A stretch of DNA of 32,000 nucleotides. It comes from Candidatus Syntropharchaeum caldarium. GTDB lineage: Archaea; Halobacteriota; Syntropharchaeia; Syntropharchaeales; Syntropharchaeaceae. A model generated the notes under the pieces. It ran no database searches. It saw only the letters and a program-made list of their open reading frames with translations, and was not told where the DNA came from. A program made the translations under genes and the position numbers. The stretch lies in contig LYOS01000003.1 in NCBI GenBank assembly GCA_001766815.1, forward strand, positions 235,254-267,253. Reading direction: 5' to 3'. Shown here piece after piece: positions 24,926 through 32,000 of the stretch. The number at the start of each line of letters is the position of its first letter. The stretch's first letter is position 1.

Positions 24926-26896
24926 CTATGACCCAAGATATCTCTTTATTCCATCCACCCGGTCATCGTGAGAGAATATGACAAGACGATCACCTGCTTC
25001 GATAACAGTATCACCTGTTGGTATAATGACGCCATCACTCCTCAATATTGCCACGATGATACCTGCTGGTAGACTAAGCTCTGCAAGTTTTTTTCCGATC
25101 AGCCGGTGGTGAAGAGGTATAGGTACCTCAAAGATTCTTGTTCCATGAATCAATAATCCTTTAACTCCACGCTTTCCCCGTGCTGTAAGTACATCCCCTG
25201 CCATCGCCTTTACATGCGCTCTTGCAATATCAGATCTTGTGAGAATACCAACAAGTTTTTTCGAATCATCCCGATCAACAACAGGAAGCCTGCCAATATC
25301 ACGCATGACAAGCCAGTGCAGTGCATCTTCCAGCATATCATCTGGGGTGACGGTAAGAAGTGCAGTGGTCGCAACATCCTTGACGCGCTTCTCATCCCAT
25401 TCTTCTGAAGGAACTTTTTCAAGGTCTTTTATTGTGACTATTCCCTGGAGTTTATCATCTTTTACAACAGGATAACCCATATGTCCCGTCTTCTCCATTA
25501 AATCATAAACATGCTTCAGATCATCATCAGGGGAGACGGTAAGTGGGCTGGGGTTCATCGCATCCTTAACCATTATGCTCTCAAGCACGTCTACAAGTAG
25601 CTCCTTCCTGTGAACAGGAGACCTCATCCTGGTTGATACCTGGCTCTCATATATCGTCCATCTTTCTGTAAACGCATAAACAGTAGCATTTGCAAGCATC
25701 AATGGGGCGAGAAGTGCATAGCTTCCCGTCATCTCTGAGATCATTATAATCGCAGCGATTGGGACCTTTGCAACACCCCCAAAGAAGGAACCCATCCCAA
25801 CAAGGACAAAGCAGGAAGGATTTGTGACAATATGCGGGAATAAAGTATGGGACAGCTCGCCCACCACACCTCCTATCATACCACCGATTACGATCGATGG
25901 AGCGAATACCCCTCCTGATCCACCAGAACCTACGGTGAAGGAGGTGGCAAGAATCTTTGCAAATATGAGAATGATCATCGCAGAAACCGCAAGGTTACCA
26001 AATAGTGCATCCTGAAGTGCCTTATATCCTGGACCTATAATTCCAGAAATAAGGTCGGGGAATAGTAATATTAAAACTCCTACCCCCACACCTCCAATTG
26101 CAGGTTTAAAGTAATCTGGAATCCTCAATCTCATGAAAAATTTGTCTCGCACCGAATAGAAAAACCAGACATAGAATATTCCACAGATGGCACAGGTAAG
26201 CCCCAGTAGCCCATAGAAGACGAGTTCAATTGGTCTCTCAAAGAGGCATTCAGAGGTGATAAATACAGGCCCTGGACCTGTAAAATTGGCGAATACTGCA
26301 TAGCCGATGACCGATGACATGATCGATGGCACAATTGCACTCATCTCAAAGTCCCGTTTGTAAAGCACCTCGATTCCAAATAACGCTCCCCCAAGTGGGG
26401 ATTTGAAGATGGATGCAATCCCTGCAGATATACCTGCAACCATCATTATACGACGATCACGATCAGAGAGCTTGAGATACGACGCGAGAACTGATCCCAC
26501 GCCACCAGCGATCTGTGCGATTGGTCCCTCTCTGCCTGCACTCCCACCAGAACCTATCGTTATGGCAGATGCGATCGCCTTGACGACCGGAACCTTTCCA
26601 GGAATTATACCCCTCGATTGGTGGAACGCTGATATCGCGGTGTCAATTCCCTCACCCCCTGCTTCTGGGGCAAATCGATAGACAATTATACTACCGATCA
26701 ACCCTCCTATTGCAGGAATTATAGCGAAAGGTATGATGGCGGTAAGCCCCTCGCGGAAAAAAATGATTGATATGTTGAGTAAGTATTCGAAGATCAGGGC
26801 AGCGATCCCTGCTGCAACACCAAGTAGGGATGTGTATACAGTCCATCGCTCGATGTATCGTAGTCTTCCAAGTTCTTCATCTGAAAACTTAATCAG
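24926..26896 (-). CDS. ClC-family chloride channel/antiporter with C-terminal CBS pair and TrkA-C (RCK_C) domain; start codon unresolved
   Basis: The ClC motifs are GSGGSAGREGP and GGSGGVFAPS. The C-terminus has CBS-like repeats and a TrkA-C-like end (AGIIVAILRSDGVIIPTGDTVIEAGDRLVIF). The frame is open up to 26920 and encodes a credible first helix (RLRYIERWTVYTSLLGVAAGIAALIFEYLL). It contains no ATG/GTG/TTG before TTG 26699-26701. The 5' end given here is the CTG overlapping the upstream stop. Confidence 0.8.
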   Translation of the reverse strand: MIKFSDEELGRLRYIERWTVYTSLLGVAAGIAALIFEYLLNISIIFFREGLTAIIPFAIIPAIGGLIGSIIVYRFAPEAGGEGIDTAISAFHQSRGIIPGKVPVVKAIASAITIGSGGSAGREGPIAQIAGGVGSVLASYLKLSDRDRRIMMVAGISAGIASIFKSPLGGALFGIEVLYKRDFEMSAIVPSIMSSVIGYAVFANFTGPGPVFITSECLFERPIELVFYGLLGLTCAICGIFYVWFFYSVRDKFFMRLRIPDYFKPAIGGVGVGVLILLFPDLISGIIGPGYKALQDALFGNLAVSAMIILIFAKILATSFTVGSGGSGGVFAPSIVIGGMIGGVVGELSHTLFPHIVTNPSCFVLVGMGSFFGGVAKVPIAAIIMISEMTGSYALLAPLMLANATVYAFTERWTIYESQVSTRMRSPVHRKELLVDVLESIMVKDAMNPSPLTVSPDDDLKHVYDLMEKTGHMGYPVVKDDKLQGIVTIKDLEKVPSEEWDEKRVKDVATTALLTVTPDDMLEDALHWLVMRDIGRLPVVDRDDSKKLVGILTRSDIARAHVKAMAGDVLTARGKRGVKGLLIHGTRIFEVPIPLHHRLIGKKLAELSLPAGIIVAILRSDGVIIPTGDTVIEAGDRLVIFSHDDRVDGIKRYLGS

Positions 26897-27342
26897 CCCG
26901 ATGTCGCTTCCTCCAGTAATCTATCAACAGCCGCTTCAATTTTTTCCCTGACCAGATCAACTTCTTCCTCTGTTATGTTGCTCACCCTTCTTGATGTCTC
27001 ACCCTTGACAATCCCGATCACCTGGATCGATTCTACCGGTGGAACTCCCATGAACTTTAACATCTCAGTGGCACAGTTCAGTGTACAACCGTCAACAGCA
27101 ATCGTCTTGTGCTTTTTTATCGGTTTTACACCGTGTTTTAGAACGGTTGTATCATTGTACATATACGCCTTTCCAAATCCCCCGATCGAGATGAGTTCGG
27201 TAACGTCTTCGCGGGTCTCATCACACACTTTGATGACAGCCCGCCTCCCCAGTTCACCAACATAATTAAGCCCGCTGCATGCGGTGATATTCACTTTATT
27301 TGCCTTTGATGATATACGACCACCACCATCAGATTCATCCAT
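26893..27342 (-). CDS. DGC-domain putative zinc-binding protein
   Basis: 149 aa. The family pattern as I remember it is VNITACSGLNYVGELGRRA plus TIAVDGCTLNCA (the DGC motif). Confidence 0.6.
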   Translation of the reverse strand: MDESDGGGRISSKANKVNITACSGLNYVGELGRRAVIKVCDETREDVTELISIGGFGKAYMYNDTTVLKHGVKPIKKHKTIAVDGCTLNCATEMLKFMGVPPVESIQVIGIVKGETSRRVSNITEEEVDLVREKIEAAVDRLLEEATSG

Positions 27343-27364
27343 CTCTTATCTGCTATCTATGGGT

Positions 27365-27394
27365 TATATACCTTACACAAGAGAAAGGTATATA
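27365..27394. promoter_or_regulatory. Mirror-symmetric divergent TATA boxes (TATATACCTT-N10-AAGGTATATA)
   Basis: The arms are at 27365-27374 and 27385-27394. The right arm lies ~35 nt upstream of the lonB ATG (27429). The left arm lies ~23-32 nt upstream of the DGC-gene ATG (27342). Confidence 0.45.
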
Positions 27395-27428
27395 GGTTAC
27401 GATGATAATTAAATCTTAAAGAGGTAGT

Positions 27429-29339
27429 ATGACAGAAAAAATTGAAGAGGAACCTGTTATAGAAAATGATGATCTTCTTGGTGGATGTGAGTTTGAGAGC
27501 ACTGATGATATAGAAGTGCCCAAGTCTCTCATCGACCAGGTGATCGGGCAAGAGCATGCGGTAGAGATCATAAAGAAAGCAGCGACCCAGCGGCGGCATG
27601 TGATGATGATCGGAACACCCGGTACAGGAAAGTCGATGCTGGCGCGCGCAATGGCTGAGCTTCTGCCAAAAGAGGAGCTCCAGGATGTCCTCGTCTATCA
27701 TAACCTTGAGGATGCAAACAACCCAAAGATCAGGGTACTTCCTGCTGGAAAAGGTAAGGAAATTGTGACAATTCAGAAAGAGGAGGCGAGGCGGCGTGCA
27801 CAGGCGAGAAATACACTCCTGATACTCATTATATTCTCGATCGTGATCTATGCAACCCTGGTTGGGCAGTTCATCTGGGGAATTATCGCAGCTGCAATGA
27901 TCTTCATGGCGCTCAAGTATATCATGCCCCGTGAAGATATGCTCGTTCCAAAGCTGCTCGTATCAAATAGCGATAAAGAGAGGGCACCGTTCACTGATGC
28001 GACAGGTGCACATGCAGGCGCACTGTTGGGTGATGTGAGGCACGATCCGTTCCAGTCCGGTGGACTTGAGACACCATCACATGAGAGGGTTGAGGCTGGT
28101 GCGATCCATAAGTCGCATAAAGGCGTACTCTTCATCGACGAGATAAATACCCTGCGAATTGAATCCCAGCAGCAGCTTCTAACGGCACTACAGGAGAAAG
28201 AATACGCGATAACAGGGCAATCCGAGCGAAGTTCCGGCGCGATGGTAAAGACAGATCCTGTGCCATGTGATTTTATCATGGTTGCAGCGGGCAACCTCGA
28301 CGCGATGGCAGGGATGCACCCCGCACTTCGTTCAAGGATCAAGGGTTACGGATATGAGATCTATATGCGGGATACAATGGATGATACACCTGAGAACCGC
28401 CAGAAGCTTGTGAGGTTTGTCGCCCAGGAGGTCAAGAAAGATGGTAAGATCCCACCCTTTGATAAAAGTGCTGTAGCAGAGATCATACGAGAAGCAAAGC
28501 GCAGGACAGGTCGCAAGAACAAGCTCTCCCTGATATTGAGGGATCTTGGAGGCCTTGTCAGGGTTGCAGGTGATATAGCAACAGCTGAGGGGGCAAAGAT
28601 CACAACAGCAGAGCATGTGCTTCGAGCAAAGTCGATGGCACGATCTGTGGAGCAGCAGCTTGCAGACCAGTATCTTGAACACCGCAGGGACTACAAATTC
28701 TTCAAGAATGAAGGCGAAGAGATTGGGCGAGTCAATGGTCTTGCTGTAATAGGCGATTCAGGGGTGATGCTCCCGATTCTCGCAGAAGTGACGCCAACCC
28801 AGTCAAAGTCAGAAGGGCATGTGATCGCAACAGGTATGCTCCAGGACATTGCGAAAGAGGCTGTCCAGAATGTCTCTGCGATCATAAAGAAGGTCACAGG
28901 AAAGGATATATCAAACAAAGACGTCCATATCCAGTTCATCGGGACGTATGAAGGGGTTGAAGGTGATAGCGCATCGATATCGATCGCAACAGCAGTTGTA
29001 TCCGCCCTCGAGGATATACCTGTGGATCAGCGTGTTGCGATGACAGGATCGCTCTCTGTGCGGGGTGATGTCCTGCCTGTTGGTGGGGTCACGCACAAGA
29101 TCGAGGCAGCGGTGAAAGCTGGTGTCAAGACAGTTATAATTCCAAAAGCAAACATGGACGATGTCCTGATAGAAGAGAAGTACAAAGATATGGTCAAGAT
29201 TATCCCTGCTTCGACGATCGAGGATGTATTCGAACACAGCCTGCGTGGCATAAAGAAAGAGCGCTTCCTTGACAAGATAAAGAACTTTGCATCTGTTGGG
29301 ATCGGGATTCTTGATATCGATAAGCCGACTGTATCATAA
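27429..29339 (+). CDS. lonB: Archaeal membrane-bound ATP-dependent Lon protease (LonB)
   Basis: 636 aa. It has the Walker A motif GTPGTGKS and a hydrophobic insert in the AAA+ domain (LLILIIFSIVIYATLVGQFIWGIIAAAMIFMAL). The protease domain follows, with GDSASIS. GAGGT lies upstream of the ATG. Confidence 0.92.
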   Translation: MTEKIEEEPVIENDDLLGGCEFESTDDIEVPKSLIDQVIGQEHAVEIIKKAATQRRHVMMIGTPGTGKSMLARAMAELLPKEELQDVLVYHNLEDANNPKIRVLPAGKGKEIVTIQKEEARRRAQARNTLLILIIFSIVIYATLVGQFIWGIIAAAMIFMALKYIMPREDMLVPKLLVSNSDKERAPFTDATGAHAGALLGDVRHDPFQSGGLETPSHERVEAGAIHKSHKGVLFIDEINTLRIESQQQLLTALQEKEYAITGQSERSSGAMVKTDPVPCDFIMVAAGNLDAMAGMHPALRSRIKGYGYEIYMRDTMDDTPENRQKLVRFVAQEVKKDGKIPPFDKSAVAEIIREAKRRTGRKNKLSLILRDLGGLVRVAGDIATAEGAKITTAEHVLRAKSMARSVEQQLADQYLEHRRDYKFFKNEGEEIGRVNGLAVIGDSGVMLPILAEVTPTQSKSEGHVIATGMLQDIAKEAVQNVSAIIKKVTGKDISNKDVHIQFIGTYEGVEGDSASISIATAVVSALEDIPVDQRVAMTGSLSVRGDVLPVGGVTHKIEAAVKAGVKTVIIPKANMDDVLIEEKYKDMVKIIPASTIEDVFEHSLRGIKKERFLDKIKNFASVGIGILDIDKPTVS

Positions 29340-29342
29340 CGT

Positions 29343-30521
29343 ATGTACCTCCAGAAGGATGAAGAGCAAATTTTGAATGGCGAGAGTGGAGATAGTCTCC
29401 AGAAGATGATGGAGATCCTCGTAACACTTGGAAAGATCTATGATGCAGAGTACCTGATCCCGATAAAAAGTGTGCAGATTGCAGGTGTCTCGTACAAGAC
29501 GATCGGGGATGCGGGGCTTGAATGGATCGAAGATATCGATGCACAGGTTGTTGTCCCATCGATACTCAATCCAATGGGCATGGATCGGGAAAGATGGCGG
29601 GAGATGGGCATAAGCGAGGATTTCTACAGGAAGCAGATCGAGATACTCAATGTTTACAGGCGAATGGGGATAAGGATTGAGTGTACCTGTACACCGTATT
29701 ATCTTGAAGATAGTATGCCCTGCCTGGGCGACCACCTTGCATGGTCTGAGTCCTCTGCAATCTCGTTTGCAAATTCGGTGATTGGAGCAAGGACCAATCG
29801 AGAGAGTGGGATATCTGCCCTTGCATCGGCACTGCTCGGAAAGACGCCATATTATGGATATCACCTTGATGAGAACCGAGTTCCAACAATTGGGATCGAG
29901 GTGCCTTTCACACTAACAGGCTCTGACTTCGGGGCGCTTGGATATGTGATTGGAAAGGTTATCGGTGATTGTGTCCCAATCTTTGAGTTTGCACCCTCGA
30001 CAAAACCATCAGATGATGACCTCAAGAGCCTTGGTGCTGCACTTGCTGCGAGTGGTGCGGTTGCCCTGTATCATGTGAAGGGGAGAACACCCGAAGCAGA
30101 TCGTTTTGAGGTGCCAGAAGAGAAGATCGTGGTTGAGGAAGGCGAGATTCGTTCTGTCTATGACGGATCGTCTGAACCCGATCTTGTAGCACTTGGGTGC
30201 CCTCATCTCTCGATAGATGAGCTTGAGCTTGCAGCAGAACTCCTTCGTGGTAGAAAGGTCAAACGAGAGCTGTGGTTGTGTGTATCGAGGTATCTTAAAG
30301 GTAAGCGAGCAGATCTTGTCGGAGTGATAGAATCATCCGGGGCAAAAGTCATCTCTGATACCTGCATGATTGTATCTCCTGCATGTGACAGGTTTGATTG
30401 CATTATGACCGACTCTGGCAAGGCATTGAACTACATACCCACGATGTGTCAGGCAGAAGCGGTCTTTGGGAGTTTCAGAGATTGTATCGAGGTGGTGCTT
30501 GGTGAGGCAAGGGACTGTTGA
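29343..30521 (+). CDS. Aconitase-X (DUF521) catalytic subunit; probable phosphomevalonate dehydratase large subunit of the archaeal mevalonate pathway
   Basis: 392 aa. MYLQKDEEQILNGESGDSLQKMMEILVTLGKIYDAEYLIPIKSVQIAGVSYKTIGDAGLEWIED matches the DUF521/AcnX N-terminus as I remember it. It starts 3 nt after the lonB stop. Confidence 0.75.
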   Translation: MYLQKDEEQILNGESGDSLQKMMEILVTLGKIYDAEYLIPIKSVQIAGVSYKTIGDAGLEWIEDIDAQVVVPSILNPMGMDRERWREMGISEDFYRKQIEILNVYRRMGIRIECTCTPYYLEDSMPCLGDHLAWSESSAISFANSVIGARTNRESGISALASALLGKTPYYGYHLDENRVPTIGIEVPFTLTGSDFGALGYVIGKVIGDCVPIFEFAPSTKPSDDDLKSLGAALAASGAVALYHVKGRTPEADRFEVPEEKIVVEEGEIRSVYDGSSEPDLVALGCPHLSIDELELAAELLRGRKVKRELWLCVSRYLKGKRADLVGVIESSGAKVISDTCMIVSPACDRFDCIMTDSGKALNYIPTMCQAEAVFGSFRDCIEVVLGEARDC

Positions 30522-31086
30522 GGATGCGATTTCCACCCTTAAATCAGGTGGGGTCATCGTCTACCCAACAGAGACGGTCTATGGTCTTGGCGCGAGTATA
30601 TACAAAAAGGAGGGTATAGAGAGGATCTATGTGATCAAAGGGAGATTATTCTCAAAACCAGTATCCATTGCTGTTTCGAGTTATGATATGATCGATGAGG
30701 TGGCCTATCTCGATGAATCGATGCGTAAGATCATCGAGAAGATCCTGCCAGGACCTGTTACAGTGCTTCTTAAGAAGAGGCCGGTTGTACCAGATCGTTT
30801 GAGTGCAGGTTCAGATCTCATCGGTATCAGATTTCCAGATCACGAAAAAGCGCTTGCGATAATCGAATCCGTGGGTCCAATCACCTCAACGAGTGCGAAT
30901 ATCTCGGGTAAGAAAGATCCGATTGCTCCTGAGGAGGTTGAGATTGAAGCAGATTTAATTGTTAATGGTGGAAGATGCAGGATAGGAGTCTCCTCGACGG
31001 TTGTGGATCCTGTTTCAAAGAGAATCCTGAGAAAAGGAGCGGGGTATATGAAAGTTCTTGAGATCTTATCTTCTGAGCATGAATAA
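30502..31086 (+). CDS. tsaC: L-threonylcarbamoyladenylate synthase, YrdC-domain-only form (TsaC)
   Basis: The motif is GGVIVYPTETVYGLGA. I prefer the GTG 30502 start (GAGGTGG at 30489-30495). TTG 30499 and ATG 30466 are alternatives. It overlaps the AcnX gene's 3' end. It has no Sua5 C-terminal domain. Confidence 0.8.
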   Translation: MRQGTVEDAISTLKSGGVIVYPTETVYGLGASIYKKEGIERIYVIKGRLFSKPVSIAVSSYDMIDEVAYLDESMRKIIEKILPGPVTVLLKKRPVVPDRLSAGSDLIGIRFPDHEKALAIIESVGPITSTSANISGKKDPIAPEEVEIEADLIVNGGRCRIGVSSTVVDPVSKRILRKGAGYMKVLEILSSEHE

Positions 31087-31119
31087 CTTTATCTACCTGA
31101 TAATACATCTACTCATCGC

Positions 31120-31914
31120 ATGACAGAGATCCCCAGAGACCATCCTCGCTATGAATCACTCTCACTGCGAGAAACGATCACAAGATGCGTTGAGTTAGGG
31201 ATTACAAGCAGACAGGGACTTATCGCACACGGCAGAGGCGAGGCTATCGATTATCTGATCGGCGAGAAGACACTTCCAACTGCGCTAAAGGCTGAAGACG
31301 CAGCAGTTGCCACTCTTTTAACCGCAAAAAACCCTGTAATATCTGTGAATGGCAATACCGCAGCCCTTGTACCAGAGGAGACGATTGAACTCGCGGAACT
31401 TATCGGAGCAAAGATCGAGATAAACCTGTTTCACAGGACAGAAGAACGAATTGCAAGGATAAAAGATCATCTTGAGCGATTAGGTGCAGAGGATGTGCTT
31501 GGTTTAGAGCCTGATGAGAAGATACCCGGTCTCACAAGTGAACGGGCCAAAGTCTCAAAGAAAGGAATATTTAGCGCAGATGCAGTGCTTGTACCGCTTG
31601 AAGATGGTGATCGCTGTGAATCACTTGTCAGGATGGGAAAGATTGTGATCGCGATCGATATTAATCCTTTCTCACGTACATCCAGGATGGCGCAGATCTC
31701 GATCATCGATAATGTGATCCGTGCGATGCCAAATATGATCGCATGTGCAAAAGTGCTTACCGAGAACGCCGTGCCAAAGAAAGATCTACTGGCCATGATA
31801 GAGGCGTTTGATAATAGAGAAAACCTGAACGAGACGATTAAAGAGATAAAACGAGGTCTGAATGAGGGACGATTGGAAGAGAGTACGGGTTATAGCAAAT
31901 TATCAATTTGGTAG
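31120..31914 (+). CDS. 4-phosphopantoate--beta-alanine ligase (archaeal phosphopantothenate synthetase)
   Basis: 264 aa. IPRDHPRYESLSLRE...GLIAHGRGEAIDYLIGE is the signature N-terminus of the archaeal PPS family (COG1701). Confidence 0.85.
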   Translation: MTEIPRDHPRYESLSLRETITRCVELGITSRQGLIAHGRGEAIDYLIGEKTLPTALKAEDAAVATLLTAKNPVISVNGNTAALVPEETIELAELIGAKIEINLFHRTEERIARIKDHLERLGAEDVLGLEPDEKIPGLTSERAKVSKKGIFSADAVLVPLEDGDRCESLVRMGKIVIAIDINPFSRTSRMAQISIIDNVIRAMPNMIACAKVLTENAVPKKDLLAMIEAFDNRENLNETIKEIKRGLNEGRLEESTGYSKLSIW

Positions 31915-32000
31915 AGGCGCTGGTCTTGCACTCTTTCCCTCTGAGCCTGAGATCCGTTACTCAAGGACAAAGCGAATACGCCAGCTCTTCTACGATAATG
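31862..32000 (+). CDS. PUA-type RNA-binding protein, N-terminal fragment; the gene runs off the window
   Basis: The translation MRDDWKRVRVIANYQFGRGAGLALFPSEPEIRYSRTKRIRQLFYDN is my own and is not in the track. The ADYQFG.GAG..LF motif is one I associate with archaeal pre-PUA/PUA proteins. This start implies a 53-nt overlap with the previous gene, so the start is uncertain. Confidence 0.45.
   Translation, partial: MRDDWKRVRVIANYQFGRGAGLALFPSEPEIRYSRTKRIRQLFYDN

Noticed and set aside
24926-26701. TTG 26699-26701 as the true ClC start, as in the ORF track.
   Set aside because: It would remove a well-formed, in-frame N-terminal transmembrane segment that is encoded upstream without any stop. 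It is kept only as the least likely of three hypotheses.
1-32000. A search by eye for CRISPR arrays, rRNA/tRNA genes, IS elements, integrases, toxin-antitoxin pairs and defence-island genes.
   Set aside because: I found no regularly spaced direct repeats, no tRNA-like cloverleaf candidates in the intergenic gaps (all under 280 bp), and no transposase, integrase or nuclease-helicase type ORFs. Sensitivity by eye is limited; tRNAscan/Infernal would be decisive.

Overview
This is a densely packed archaeal chromosomal window from a euryarchaeote related to the methanogens. The archaeal markers are TopoVI-A, ribosomal protein S3Ae, SepCysS, membrane LonB, an aCPSF2-like beta-CASP RNase, ArlH/FlaH, an FrhB-family protein, AcnX-type phosphomevalonate dehydratase and archaeal phosphopantothenate synthetase. 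I support about 31 protein-coding genes and one decayed pseudogene. I saw no rRNA, tRNA, CRISPR array, transposase or integrase by eye. Housekeeping content includes lysA, the metY-metX pair, argB coupled to an Lrp regulator, tsaC and an M24 peptidase. Four blocks look accessory or physiologically informative. (1) 6000-8949 holds an orphan ArlH/FlaH-type KaiC-like ATPase followed by two tandem, paralogous, N-terminally anchored, sequon-rich multihaem c-type cytochromes with 5 and 9 CxxCH sites. This is my best candidate for an undescribed module. (2) 19392-24822 is a six-gene minus-strand operon encoding a complete beta-oxidation set: thiolase, a DUF35 protein, 3-hydroxyacyl-CoA dehydrogenase, crotonase and an acyl-CoA dehydrogenase with an unusual ~115-aa C-terminal extension. 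A nitroreductase is the sixth gene. Together with the cytochromes this resembles alkane- or fatty-acid-oxidising, electron-exporting archaea; that taxonomic reading is inference only. (3) 10555-12540 holds two secreted proteins of unknown function, one with a Gly-phased beta-solenoid-like repeat, next to a frameshifted radical-SAM-like remnant. (4) The conserved N-terminus of a ClC channel gene has no canonical start codon. Notable non-coding signals are a perfect 15-bp inverted repeat upstream of metY-metX and a mirror-symmetric pair of divergent TATA boxes at 27365-27394. All functional calls rest on my recognition of motifs in the supplied translations; no database search was run.
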